Shown piece after piece: positions 1-11,620 of a stretch of 64,000 bases of DNA. Under the pieces are notes generated by a model. It was given only the letters and a program-made list of their open reading frames with translations. It had not been told where the DNA came from and searched no databases. The DNA comes from an uncultured Nitrososphaerota archaeon (GTDB lineage: Archaea > Thermoproteota > Nitrososphaeria > Nitrososphaerales > CADDZS01), in NCBI GenBank assembly GCA_963799845.1, contig CAWCYI010000004.1, forward strand, positions 256,001 through 320,000. Reading direction: 5' to 3'. The position numbers and the translations under genes were made by a program. Each line of letters begins with the position of its first letter. Position 1 is the stretch's first letter.

Positions 1-200
1 TCATACCCGTCGTACATGAACAGACCTGTGATGACTCCGTCGGAAGTCTTTGCGAGATATGCTTCTCCACCTGCTTCAACCGTCTCTTTCAGGTCGTGCT
101 TAAGGTAGGGCTCGAAGAACGTGACGCCCTTCGGAAAGGCGTCGATCTCGGATGCGTCCTTTACTTCGGAAACTTGGATTTCTGACAGATTGACTTTCAC
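1..200 (-). CDS. Hypothetical protein, 5' part only (runs off window); possibly the N-terminus of a GNAT-family protein
   Basis: GTG at 200-198 overlaps the TGA of 197..1423 (GTGA); open frame MKVNLSEIQVSEVKDASEIDAFPKGVTFFEPYLKHDLKETVEAGGEAY... to the window edge. GNAT guess is weak. Confidence 0.65.
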   Translation of the reverse strand, partial: MKVNLSEIQVSEVKDASEIDAFPKGVTFFEPYLKHDLKETVEAGGEAYLAKTSDGVITGLFMYDGY

Positions 201-1423
201 CAATCAATAATCGTAAATTTCTTCGTCGCGCTTTCTTCTCCCAGTACATTGCCTATGTTCAGATCGAGACGGTCTGGCTCGCGGACAAGCTCGATGACCT
301 CGTCGTCCTTCAGGGTGTCTTTCAGCAGGTACTCAAAGTGTAGTTTCCTATCAGCAGCGTAGCCGAACCGTCTGACGCGTTCGATTTCTATCTGCTCGTA
401 AGCATACATTAGCTCGTACATTGATCTGTAGATCTGGTACTCCATTTTCTCTTCGATGGGGTCTTTTCCGCCCTCAGGATCTTTGTCCCAGACCGTTATC
501 CATTCCAATCCTTCGAGGTCTGCCCAGAAGATTGTGCCATCGGGAGCCAAGACCGCGTCTTTGTCCAGCCAGACATCGTAAAAGTCCAGTCCGCTGTGAG
601 TTCCGTTGTCGTTATTCTTCATCGACCTAGCAAACAGCGTCAGGACGGCCATGCCACTCTTTAGAAAATTCTTCTCGAACTCCATGGCTTCGTCGTTGCT
701 GTCTATTCCAAAGAGGTCATAGACCCAGCCCGTGTCATCGCCGAGCGTGTGATCGGAATGAAAATAGATCCTGATGTTGGACGGAACAAGCCTTTCCTCC
801 TGAACTATCGGCTGCTTGAATCTGCGGTACCAGTATACTTTCTTGGCTTCATCCTGAAATTCCTCGGGAAAATGGACTATCTTTACGATTGGAGCGATTC
901 TAAATCCGTGAATGGATGTGGGTGCGTCGGCCATTTCAGCCGCTCTCATCGCGATTGATGCATAGTCCAATCCTTGTCCGCCGTAGGGCGAACCTCTAGA
1001 CCACAATTCTCCTGTGATATAGCGTGGTCTCATACTTTCTTTAGCGTTCATAATTTTGTTTTTTATTACAGAACTCTTCAGGAAACTGCATATCTCGGTC
1101 TTTTGGAACGGTTTGCGAGAAAACGGACCCGTAGTCGAACCGATGCCCTTTACGTTCTGATAAAAGTTCGTACCATCTATAGTTAGAGAAGACTTCGAAC
1201 CAACAACGCTTCTGTTGTCGTCCTGGATGAATTCTTTCCGCCCTAACGGAGAGAGGTCTGTGAAATGGCTCATGCTATCTGGAAGATAAATCCTCTCAAA
1301 GTCGGGCAGCTCAACGTTTTGAAAATGTTTGTTGGTCTGCACTTTCGAAGATTCATATACATTCAAAGTGAGAGGCATACCCTTCATTTTCATGGAAGAT
1401 TTTGCCCTAAACTCTAGTACCAA
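197..1423 (-). CDS. Uncharacterised protein with SelO/YdiU-like (pseudo)kinase motifs
   Basis: 408 aa; QDDNRS, NVKGIGSTTGPFSR, RLVPSNIRI and DKDAVLAPDGTIFWADLE line up in order with SelO LGDGR, LKGAGxTPYSR, RVAPSHIRF and the catalytic-loop/DYG region. Confidence 0.6.
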   Translation of the reverse strand: MVLEFRAKSSMKMKGMPLTLNVYESSKVQTNKHFQNVELPDFERIYLPDSMSHFTDLSPLGRKEFIQDDNRSVVGSKSSLTIDGTNFYQNVKGIGSTTGPFSRKPFQKTEICSFLKSSVIKNKIMNAKESMRPRYITGELWSRGSPYGGQGLDYASIAMRAAEMADAPTSIHGFRIAPIVKIVHFPEEFQDEAKKVYWYRRFKQPIVQEERLVPSNIRIYFHSDHTLGDDTGWVYDLFGIDSNDEAMEFEKNFLKSGMAVLTLFARSMKNNDNGTHSGLDFYDVWLDKDAVLAPDGTIFWADLEGLEWITVWDKDPEGGKDPIEEKMEYQIYRSMYELMYAYEQIEIERVRRFGYAADRKLHFEYLLKDTLKDDEVIELVREPDRLDLNIGNVLGEESATKKFTIIDW

Positions 1424-1434
1424 TGAATGTCACC

Positions 1435-2434
1435 TTAAGTTCCAGCGGATGGGTTGCCCATGTTCGATTTACTCGTATCCGATTTACGTCTTACAGAGAA
1501 ATCGTAAAAGACAATTACAACAACCACGACGATTGCAGCGACCACTAAAATGTAATCGACATATGGCGTTCCTGAATTACTGGTTGTGATACTTGTCGGA
1601 CCAACAACAGTCGTTGCACTAATAGAAGAGGTAGTTGGAGTAGCGGTCATCGAAGTCAATGAAGTCGAGGAACTAGAAGTAAAGATTGTCAGAGTCGTCG
1701 AACAGCACACCACTGATAGCAGATAACTGGTTGAAGTTACATACAAATCATCAGTGAAGCCGAATCCCGTGCCGTTGCCGTTGGGCGAAACGTCCTGTTC
1801 CACGTAGTGGTATCCGACGATGTAGCCCGTAGTAGGATCAAAGTACACGTCCCATGTGTATTTGGCGCTGAAGTTACCATAGGCGTTGTCTTCGGGGCTT
1901 CCGGTGTAGCTTCCACTTCCTTGCGCAAAAATGGTCGTGTCCTTCTGATTTTCGGTAGGAAGGTAAAAACTGTAATTTCTGGACATGATAGTCATCTGAG
2001 TGTTTAGCAGGACGAACGTGCCACCCACTGGCAGTGCATTATTCATCGCGAACCAGATAGTTGGATTCACATAACCTTGTTCATCGTCAGTTCCGTCAAC
2101 GTACAGGAAGCTAGAATCAGACCACGTGTAACTTCCTGATACGGTCGATGACGTGCTACTGCCCTGATTGTCACTGAACGAGTAGGAGTAACTATAGTTC
2201 GCGAATACGGTCGAACCGCTAACACCGTCCATAGTTTCTCCTCCGGTAACAACGCTCTGGTCCGTGTAGCCCGCGTCAGCTGCCAGTACCGTTTGCGACG
2301 GTCTCGACTTCGTGATAGTTGAAGTAGTCTCCCTGGGAGAATGCTACGGCCTTCGGCGCCATGCGCAATCCGATCGCGGAGACAATTAGAGTGAGCGACA
2401 GAAAGAGGACAAAGACCGGTCTTATCCGTGTCAA
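1435..2434 (-). CDS. Secreted, C-terminally membrane-anchored surface protein (one apparent extra base at 2277)
   Basis: TTG at 2434 overlaps the upstream TGA; signal peptide MTRIRPVFVLFLSLTLIVSAIG...; removing C2277 joins it to ORF 1435..2232; S/T-rich linker and TM helix at the C-terminus. Confidence 0.8.
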
Positions 2435-4098
2435 CCCCAGAATCCTCCGACGCCGTGAGAATGCGCTTCGTGAGAACCGGTGATCTTGTTGTACGTTGTG
2501 TAGTAAGAATTGTGCGCGATGATTAATGGAAAGTAGTACCAGAAGAATGGAAATCCACCGTAGTAGCCTCCTCCATAATAATTCTGTCCACCATACGTAG
2601 ATTGCATCGCCTGCTGCTGAGTGTGCGTGAACTGAACTGGTGTATTGCTCATCCTAGCATTCGGATCCAATTTCTTCGCGAGTTCGTTGTTGACCCCGTG
2701 AACCATCCTGACGGCGAGACTTATCAGTTCGGAACGACCCAAGCCCGTTGCATAATTCCCCAGTATAGACGCGCCCTTCTCCATGAGATCGACTACTTCG
2801 GCAGCTTCGAGTGTTGACATCGAAGTAAGTATGGCAGCTGCCACAAGTGGATATTGCAAGTCATTCTGAATCATATCTACGATTGTGTTCAGCTTCGGCT
2901 TGACCTGATCTACTTCAGAACCTGAGATTGCCAGATAAGCAGAGGCAAGGTCTGTGTCCTCCGAAGTAGAGTGTCCCCAATCATCGAACAGTGATTTGAA
3001 CGCCCGGAACTTTTCGGTTAACTGATCTGATGGAATGTTTGTTATGGACAGAATCGCCGCTGCTTCGTGCGAATCAGTTAGTTTGGAATTTTGCACAAAT
3101 TTGTCGAATGCGGCGTCCGTCGTTTCATCAGGGGTCTTCGCATACAGAAGCGTGGCCGCGATGCCAGCCGATGATTCCTCGGCCACGTTAGCCTGAGTTC
3201 TGAGCTTCTCCTCAAGATATGTCAAGTCATCCGAGAGACTGCTAAAGTCGGCGTGAGTCGCCGTCATGATTTCTGCCGCCATCATCTTGCTTTCGATAGA
3301 CGAGTTGAAACGCCGGAGCTCGTCCATTGCCGCGAAGAACCGCGCCGTCATTTGGTCTTGATCGCCCTGGAGCTTTGCCAGACCTATTGCCACGCTCCAC
3401 AATTGAGACTCATCTGGTTCTGGCTTTGCCGTTTCAGCTTCATTGATGTCACCTCTGCTGTCTTCGGTGTAAACAGGAGCTGGTGCGTAATCGGAAATTC
3501 TTGCTCGAAATGTGGAGACATAAGAACTCGCTCTTTGCGCAATGGCTGTCAGTTCGTCAGTTGTGGCTTTGCTCTCTTGGATAAAGTCGGAGAACTCCAC
3601 GTCGGCAACCCGATAGTTCCTGGCGCCTAGATCGTTCAACATGATTACTCCTGCATCAGTAAGTGCAACATATTCATCACCGAAGGGAACTAGCCTGTCG
3701 AGCGACGATTTTTTCTGCACTAGTTCGCTGGCGTCGAAGTTACTTTCTCTAATGTCCAATTCCTGTTTGGAAAGCGCCTCCTTGTCCTGTTCGACCTGCT
3801 GGAGCTCTCGTTGCTTCTCCTCTTCGCCCTGAAAGTGGAACGTGATGCCTTGAGTTTTCTTCAAGTCCTGAGCGAGCGTCTCCTCGCTCCGTTCTTCTTG
3901 GGCTCGTACGGCCTCAATCTGCTGACTTCTCTGTTCCAAATCGGCAACTTCAGCTGCGGCCTGATCGTAGTCCGCTTTCGAAGTCCGCGAGACATAGCCG
4001 TTGGTCGAGAGAAAATCGAGGTCGCCCTGCGGAATTCGCTCCGTGATCGACTTGTCCGATATTTCAGACAGTAATGTCCATGCGTCGCTACACTTCAA
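2431..4098 (-). CDS. Hypothetical protein: coiled coil, helical repeats, aromatic/Gly/His-rich C-terminal tail
   Basis: 555 aa ORF; E/Q-rich coiled coil at about aa 45-135; repeated xAAILx helices; ends GGFPFFWYYFPLIIAH...HEAHSHGVGGFWG. Confidence 0.8.
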   Translation of the reverse strand: MKCSDAWTLLSEISDKSITERIPQGDLDFLSTNGYVSRTSKADYDQAAAEVADLEQRSQQIEAVRAQEERSEETLAQDLKKTQGITFHFQGEEEKQRELQQVEQDKEALSKQELDIRESNFDASELVQKKSSLDRLVPFGDEYVALTDAGVIMLNDLGARNYRVADVEFSDFIQESKATTDELTAIAQRASSYVSTFRARISDYAPAPVYTEDSRGDINEAETAKPEPDESQLWSVAIGLAKLQGDQDQMTARFFAAMDELRRFNSSIESKMMAAEIMTATHADFSSLSDDLTYLEEKLRTQANVAEESSAGIAATLLYAKTPDETTDAAFDKFVQNSKLTDSHEAAAILSITNIPSDQLTEKFRAFKSLFDDWGHSTSEDTDLASAYLAISGSEVDQVKPKLNTIVDMIQNDLQYPLVAAAILTSMSTLEAAEVVDLMEKGASILGNYATGLGRSELISLAVRMVHGVNNELAKKLDPNARMSNTPVQFTHTQQQAMQSTYGGQNYYGGGYYGGFPFFWYYFPLIIAHNSYYTTYNKITGSHEAHSHGVGGFWG

Positions 4099-4427
4099 TG
4101 TTCGATCGATTTACCTGCGTGAATTCGCTTTTGTTACCGAAGCGTGTACCGATTTAGATATACAATTATCGTTTGAATGCAAGGATTGGAAAGAAGGCGG
4201 GATCTAAGCCCAGAAGAAGAAGGAAAAGCATGTGAGTTCGCGATCCAAAAAGGTAAAAACCGCCTAATCACATCGAGGACTCGTTTTGGTCCGTGCGATT
4301 TTTTGAAGAATCAACTAAGATTGTTTATGATCAAAATGCTTGCTCTGAGGAAAATCACTTTCTTTCTGTGCATTTAGGAGTATTAATACAACCTTTTTGC
4401 TAGTATCAGTGGCTCTCTAACGGGCGT

Positions 4428-5474
4428 TTGACACAAATGCAAATTGGAATTGATAGCTTTGCGGCAGCTTACGACGATGCAAGCCTTTCAGTCAGCGAAT
4501 CCCAGCCATTGCTGAACTTGGTCGAACAGATAGAATATGCGGATCGTCTTGGACTGGACTCGTTTGGAATTGGGGAACACCACCGCAAGGAGTACCTCGA
4601 TTCGGCACCGACGGTCATTCTCGGAGCGGCGGCGGCAAGAACTAGCCGCATTCGGCTCACGAGTGCCGTGACTGTGCTGAGCGCTGCCGACCCAGTGCGC
4701 GTCTTTCAGAACTTTGCTACACTTGATCTACTCTCGAAGGGCCGAGCAGAGATGGTGGTCGGTCGGGGTTCTTTTATCGAGGCTTTTCCGCTCTTCGGAC
4801 TGGATCTCAAAGATTACGATGCTCTTTTTGCAGAGAAACTCGATCTGCTCTTGAAGATTCGTGAGAACGAGCACGTTACCTGGTCCGGGAAGTATCGGGC
4901 TCCCCTCACCGGAGAGGGAGTGTACCCGCGGCCCCTGCAGAATCCCCTGCCAATATGGATCGGCGTTGGCGGAACTCCGGAATCGTTCGTTCGTGCCGGT
5001 GCATTGGGTTTACCATTAATGGTGGCGATCATAGGCGGCGAAACGCGTGATTTCCGACCACTCGTCGATCTCTACAGGGACGCCGGCAGCGATTACGGAC
5101 ACTCACCTGATCAGTTGAAGGTGGGCATGCACTCACTCGGCTACGTCGCAGAGACAACCCAAAGAGCGGCTGACGACTTTTTCCCAGGCTATGCGCGCTC
5201 GTTCACCGATGTTGGAAAAGAACGCGGATGGGCGCCGGTGACTCGAGCTGATTTTGACGCTCAGCGAGGTCCAAACGGTGCATTGATGATCGGGGATCCT
5301 GACGAGGTAGCTGAGAAAATTATTCACCACAGCAAAGCGCTTGGCGGACTGTCACGGGTCACTTTTCAAATGAGCGTATCTTCATTGCCTCATGAAAAGC
5401 TCATGCGAGCTACCGAATTGCTGGGTACTCGCGTGGCGCCTTTGATTCGTGAAACAGTCGCAAAGGAAGCTTAA
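4428..5474 (+). CDS. LLM-class flavin-dependent oxidoreductase
   Basis: GIGEHHR, SAVTVLSAADPVRVFQNFATLD, GRGSFIE and YPRP motifs. Confidence 0.95.
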   Translation: MTQMQIGIDSFAAAYDDASLSVSESQPLLNLVEQIEYADRLGLDSFGIGEHHRKEYLDSAPTVILGAAAARTSRIRLTSAVTVLSAADPVRVFQNFATLDLLSKGRAEMVVGRGSFIEAFPLFGLDLKDYDALFAEKLDLLLKIRENEHVTWSGKYRAPLTGEGVYPRPLQNPLPIWIGVGGTPESFVRAGALGLPLMVAIIGGETRDFRPLVDLYRDAGSDYGHSPDQLKVGMHSLGYVAETTQRAADDFFPGYARSFTDVGKERGWAPVTRADFDAQRGPNGALMIGDPDEVAEKIIHHSKALGGLSRVTFQMSVSSLPHEKLMRATELLGTRVAPLIRETVAKEA

Positions 5475-5525
5475 CGAGGAGATAAGAAATGATTGAAAGG
5501 AGAATCTGCTCGGGGTCAAAGCTTT

Positions 5526-5921
5526 TCAGCTAAATTCCCCGTTCATGTTTTTCTTCAATAATTTTTCCACCCTTGATTTCACCATTGTTCGATGGCAGTT
5601 CTCTCCCTCCTTCTCATAACACAAGAGGGTGACGTCTGCATCCTTGGAAAGCTGTACTATGCAATCTATCGCGGCTTTGCTTTCTTCAAGGCTAGTTAGT
5701 TGCTTCCGAAATCTTTTCGAGAACTCTGCCCACCCAATAACACCAGTCTTGTATTCTTTCAAAAGATCTGGGGTCGGCGATGCACCGCGTATCCAGAAAT
5801 CGAAACGTTCCTTCTTTACACCACGAGGATAAAACCTGGTTATAAGAATCCGAATACCGTCTGAGCCAGATTTATCTTCGTAGATTGATTTGGTTTGGAG
5901 AGCCAATACAACACTTGTCAA
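5526..5921 (-). CDS. DUF488/YeaO-family protein
   Basis: DGIRILITRFYPRGVKK, SPTPDLL, TLLCYE...CHR. Confidence 0.9.
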   Translation of the reverse strand: MTSVVLALQTKSIYEDKSGSDGIRILITRFYPRGVKKERFDFWIRGASPTPDLLKEYKTGVIGWAEFSKRFRKQLTSLEESKAAIDCIVQLSKDADVTLLCYEKEGENCHRTMVKSRVEKLLKKNMNGEFS

Positions 5922-6049
5922 CCTGTTTGATGAAAAGCTTCAGCTCGTACGATAAACTTCTCTGTGGAATTACTATTTCGATATTAGAGTTGTCTTCAGG
6001 TAGCGATTAGATACACGCAGAAACAGCATGATTTGGTGCGGATCGGTAA

Positions 6050-7390
<1,341 letters not shown>

Positions 7391-7465
7391 GGGATTGAGC
7401 GGTACACTTAGATTCATAATAAGAGATAGGATGGGAAAGCTGTCCCGGAGTGCCTCGCCTGAAGC

Positions 7466-8644
7466 ATGTTAGATCAGTCCCAATCTATCCTTCAAAACAA
7501 AACGAAGTACTTCACTTTCGCCAGTCCACCGAATGAGATGGTTCTCGAAAGTGGAGAAATGCTCGGTCCGATAACGCTGGCGTATGAGACCTACGGGGCG
7601 CTAAGCAACTCCAAGTCGAATGCAATCCTGGTGCTCCACGCACTTTCAGGCGACGCGCATGCGACCAGCCTGGGTGAGCAGGGTGCCAATCCGGGATGGT
7701 GGGACACGATGATTGGACCCGGCAAAGCCATTGACACTGAAAAGTACTTTGTCATTTGCTCTAACGTACTAGGCGGTTGTCGCGGTTCGACTGGTCCTTC
7801 TTCCGTCAATCCAAGGACCGGGAAACCATACGGGTCAGAATTTCCGATCATAACGGTTCGAGACATGGTGAACGCGCAGCGCTTCCTGGTAGACTATCTG
7901 GGCATAGAAAGGCTGCTTTGCGTAGTGGGTGGATCTATGGGCGGAATGCAGGTTCTGCAGTGGATGATCGCCTACCCCGAGAGAATACGTTCCGCGATTC
8001 CGATCGCCACCACGATGAAGCACTCCCCTCAGCAAATCGCACTGGATGAAGTTGGTAGACAATCGATCATTGCCGACCCAAACTGGAGGGGAGGGGATTA
8101 TTACGGCCATGAGCCACCGGTGAAGGGACTTGCGGTCGCCAGGATGGTGGGGCACATAACCTACATGAGCGACATCTCGATGAACGAAAAGTTCGGCAGG
8201 AGGACCAGGAAGCCCTCGAAGGATTCAAAGTTCGAGCCGGTCTTCGAAGTTGAAAAATATCTCGAATATCGCGGCGACGACTTTGTGAAGCGATTTGACG
8301 CCAATTCGTACCTCTACATTACGAAGGCGATGGACTACTGCGACATCCTGGATTCGAAGAGCATTGACCAGGTCTTCAAGGGTGTCAAGGCAAAGGTCAT
8401 GGTCATCGCGTTCAAGTCCGACTGGCTGTATCCCGCGTACCAGTCGAAGGAGATAGTGAAGGCGTGCAAACTGGCGGGCCTTGAAACGACGTATTGCGAA
8501 GTCAACTCAACTTACGGCCATGATGCGTTTCTCTTGAAAGTCGAGGAGGAGACGCACCTGATCAGCCACTTTCTGAATTCCGTGACAAACGGGAATGCCA
8601 AGGGAACTCTTGTAAATGAAGCTCGAGCACAGAATAATCGTTGA
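7466..8644 (+). CDS. metX: Homoserine O-acetyltransferase
   Basis: HALSGD, GWW, GGSMGG nucleophile elbow, RFDANSY, GHDAFL. Confidence 0.95.
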   Translation: MLDQSQSILQNKTKYFTFASPPNEMVLESGEMLGPITLAYETYGALSNSKSNAILVLHALSGDAHATSLGEQGANPGWWDTMIGPGKAIDTEKYFVICSNVLGGCRGSTGPSSVNPRTGKPYGSEFPIITVRDMVNAQRFLVDYLGIERLLCVVGGSMGGMQVLQWMIAYPERIRSAIPIATTMKHSPQQIALDEVGRQSIIADPNWRGGDYYGHEPPVKGLAVARMVGHITYMSDISMNEKFGRRTRKPSKDSKFEPVFEVEKYLEYRGDDFVKRFDANSYLYITKAMDYCDILDSKSIDQVFKGVKAKVMVIAFKSDWLYPAYQSKEIVKACKLAGLETTYCEVNSTYGHDAFLLKVEEETHLISHFLNSVTNGNAKGTLVNEARAQNNR

Positions 8645-9212
8645 TTGGGTCGATGAGGGCTCGAACGTCTTAGATCTTGGGTGTGGTGACGGAGAGCTAC
8701 TTTCAATCCTCGTAAAAGAAAAGAACGTGCACGCCCAGGGGACAGAGATCGACGAACAGCTGATCTACAAGTGCGTCGCGAGGGGTCTGAACGTTTTTCA
8801 TGAGGATATTGATGCAGGTCTGTCTGGGTACCCGGATGGTTCCTTCGATTTCGTAATACTCAGCGAAAGTTTGCAACAAGCAAAGCGCCCAGATTATGCA
8901 TTGAGCGAGGCACTGCGAGTTGGAAAAAACCTTGTTGTGAGTTTTCCCAATTTCGGCCGCTACACGGTCAGGTTCCAGATTCTTTTTCGCGGAAAGGTTC
9001 CCGTGACACCTGCTTTGCCTTTTGAATGGTACGACACCCCGAATTTGCATTTTTTGAGCATCTCGAACTTTTTTGACTACTGCAAGATAAAAAAAATCGA
9101 AATCAAAGATTCCGCTTACGTAACAAATGGCAAGAAAGTGAAGACACTTCCCAACCTTCTTGCTGAAAAGGGAATTTTCCTGCTTTCTAAAGAGGAAAAA
9201 TCTGAGAAATGA
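8616..9212 (+). CDS. metW: Methionine biosynthesis protein MetW (SAM-dependent methyltransferase fold)
   Basis: VLDLGCGDG, SFPNF, WYDTPNLH; overlaps the 3' end of metX. Confidence 0.93.
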   Translation: MKLEHRIIVDWVDEGSNVLDLGCGDGELLSILVKEKNVHAQGTEIDEQLIYKCVARGLNVFHEDIDAGLSGYPDGSFDFVILSESLQQAKRPDYALSEALRVGKNLVVSFPNFGRYTVRFQILFRGKVPVTPALPFEWYDTPNLHFLSISNFFDYCKIKKIEIKDSAYVTNGKKVKTLPNLLAEKGIFLLSKEEKSEK

Positions 9213-9364
9213 TTAATCCGGAAGAACTAGGTTCATTAAACCAATTCGGAATTCTCCTGTATCAGGAAATTTTCGAGAATACTTACCCAATCGAGTCATT
9301 ACATGGTGTAATTATTGGGATTGAAGCCTTTTAACGCCGACTGGACGCATGTACATGATTTGAA

Positions 9365-9637
9365 ATGAGCGAAAGTACGTTTGCAGGCCCGAAATTTGAG
9401 CGTAGCCCCGCTGACATTGATATTCTTCAATATTCTTACAATCTGAAGAGAGCCTCGAAGACTGATCTGCATCAGGATCTTCTGTTTTATCAAATGCAAC
9501 TGGACTCGATTGAAAGAAAGCTGTCTTCGAAACTTACGATATCTGATTCCAGTCAAAAGTCGATAGCCCTAAGAAAAATTACCGCGTTGAACGACGAAGT
9601 CGAAAGACGAACCATGGAAGAATTCGAATCTGTATAA
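9365..9637 (+). CDS. Small helical hypothetical protein
   Basis: 90 aa ORF; TTTTAA box about 35 nt upstream. Confidence 0.6.
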   Translation: MSESTFAGPKFERSPADIDILQYSYNLKRASKTDLHQDLLFYQMQLDSIERKLSSKLTISDSSQKSIALRKITALNDEVERRTMEEFESV

Positions 9638-9822
9638 TCGAAAGCCATCTGGAAGTTTAGATGACAGTAAGCACTAGATTTTCACAGATCCTATTTTCTC
9701 GTTGAGATAATTCAGATAGTACCCGTCGACGATTCGTCCTTTTTCTCGCACTTCTCAATATTTTGGAAATCTATAGAATCTACTCGCAACGTATTCATAT
9801 CTTGGCCCTCTAAGAGGTAGGC

Positions 9823-10704
9823 ATGCTCCTATGCGACAAGTGCAAAAAGCCCATTGTCGGAGAATCGAAGAAACTGCTGGACGTGTGTCCCGACTGTTAC
9901 GATCAGGTAATGAATTACATCGCCGCGGGGACTCCAAACTATGGAATCACCCAGGCTAGAATCATCTCGAGAATTGGCAGAAAGTTTTCCTCAAGGGTTG
10001 TAGCGACCATCGTCATCTTGCTTGTTCTGCTCTCGTTTTCTAGTTATTTTGCCTACTACACTTACTCCCAGTATGAAGCTCCATTTCAAACCGAAAGGCA
10101 GCTGGTGAACGCGCTTCAGGGAAACTTGACCCAAGAACAAAGCACAATTCAAACCGCCGCTACCCTGATATTGAAATACAGAGCCGCCAACGCGAACCTG
10201 ACTAACCAGGTCGATTCTCTCAATCAGAGTCTGATTAGCGTCGGCCGCAATATCACGGCACTCCAGGGGATCATTTCCTCGCTAAAATCCCAGAGTTCGT
10301 CCCTCCAAAACACCGTTTCGGTGCTCATGGACAACATTACGCTGTTAAAGAACAAGACAAACACCTTCGTCATCTGGAACGTTCCGGTGAACGTGAGTTC
10401 AGGGTACTTCCTGTTCGAGACCGTCCCGGATACTTTCGACTATCACGATAATTTCACGGCCACCGCCCCCCTGACTGTGTATTACTTCAACAGCACGCAG
10501 TTTGTCCAGTGGTATACGAGCAAAACGATTTCTGGAAATTACACAAAGTACAGCAGTACCGAGAAGCAGTCTGATACCTTCACCCTGGCGGAAGGCTGCG
10601 GAGGGTACGTCGTGATTTACTTCTTCTCTTCGGCCGGTATCATCCGTCCAAATGTCTCGGCTACATATGATCCCGCTTCCCGCCCGACGGGCTCCTGCTC
10701 ATAA
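9823..10704 (+). CDS. Bitopic membrane protein: cytoplasmic Zn-ribbon, TM, coiled-coil stalk, extracellular beta domain
   Basis: CDKC...CPDC at the N-terminus; one TM helix; heptad region; many N-x-S/T sequons; GAGGT upstream. Confidence 0.8.
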   Translation: MLLCDKCKKPIVGESKKLLDVCPDCYDQVMNYIAAGTPNYGITQARIISRIGRKFSSRVVATIVILLVLLSFSSYFAYYTYSQYEAPFQTERQLVNALQGNLTQEQSTIQTAATLILKYRAANANLTNQVDSLNQSLISVGRNITALQGIISSLKSQSSSLQNTVSVLMDNITLLKNKTNTFVIWNVPVNVSSGYFLFETVPDTFDYHDNFTATAPLTVYYFNSTQFVQWYTSKTISGNYTKYSSTEKQSDTFTLAEGCGGYVVIYFFSSAGIIRPNVSATYDPASRPTGSCS

Positions 10705-10839
10705 TCACTGCAATAGGGACTTTCAGTCAGAATGGTTCGCGGTAAGCTTCTTCCCGTTAAAGTCAGCCGTCGAACGAGAGGATAATTCTATCGCTAACCT
10801 TAGATAAACCGCACGTCTGAAGGACTGTAAAGGCTCAAG

Positions 10840-11124
10840 GTGGATTACTTCATGTCTGATCCCATGGATGAAATTGTGGAAAAAGATCTCAAGAAGACTC
10901 GCAAATGGATTGACCCCTACATGAACAGCGCGGAACCTCCGGGACTCGAGGGTACCGGCTTGGGGAAGAATGACGAAGAGTTTATCGAATTTGAAAGGGG
11001 CGAAGAGAAGGAGGAAGAGAGAAAGGAGTCCGATGACTACTCTGAAGATTCGTTCGAAAAACCATCAGACAAGAAGTTGACTGGACGAAAGACGAAATCA
11101 GACGAAACCGAAGATATCAGTTAG
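10840..11124 (+). CDS. Small acidic, probably disordered hypothetical protein
   Basis: D/E-rich ORF; start is probably ATG 10852. Confidence 0.6.
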   Translation: MDYFMSDPMDEIVEKDLKKTRKWIDPYMNSAEPPGLEGTGLGKNDEEFIEFERGEEKEEERKESDDYSEDSFEKPSDKKLTGRKTKSDETEDIS

Positions 11125-11134
11125 AGCGGCACTT

Positions 11135-11525
11135 TCATTTTTTGAATAGATCCATTTTCGACCAGATGTAGATTCCGAAGACAGCTGCAATTACAGTACC
11201 GGCAACGATCGATACTGCATCGATCCCTTTGAAAGGAAAGAGTCCAATCCCGACCATCAGCTATGCGTCCGATGATGTCAGCGACCAGCAAGACGATGGC
11301 GAGCACAGCTCCCCATCTCCTCATGGTTAGGATAAGCACGCCAGCGAAGCAATAGAAGGAGCCAATTAATGATGATACAAGCGTGTACGTCGAAGTCGGA
11401 GTTGCCGAAATGACGTTCAGAAAATTGCCGGTAATGCCGGTTGCAACCTCGGCCAAACCAAAAAGAATCATGAGAAAAGCAGCTACCACGATGCCTCTGG
11501 GGCGGTTCATTGAAATCGATTCCAA
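11135..11525 (-). CDS. Small 4-TM membrane protein (apparent extra base at 11258)
   Basis: Removing C11258 restores ...GRIAMVGIGLFPFKGIDAVSIVAGTVIAAVFGIYIWSK... with a fourth TM and a stop at 11135. Confidence 0.75.
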
Positions 11526-11620
11526 TAGAATATTGCATCGGCCGGATGGATATGTGTTGAAGCTAGCATACTCAGCTTAAGACAGCATGCGCCAACCAGT
11601 ACATTCCTGGATGAATTTGG

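Noticed and set aside
7412-7465. SAM-I riboswitch-like string (AAGAGATAGGATGGGAAAGCTGTCCCG) before metX
   Set aside because: Only the P2-like part is suggestive; there is no room or match for P3, P4 or the P1 3' strand. An Infernal scan would settle it
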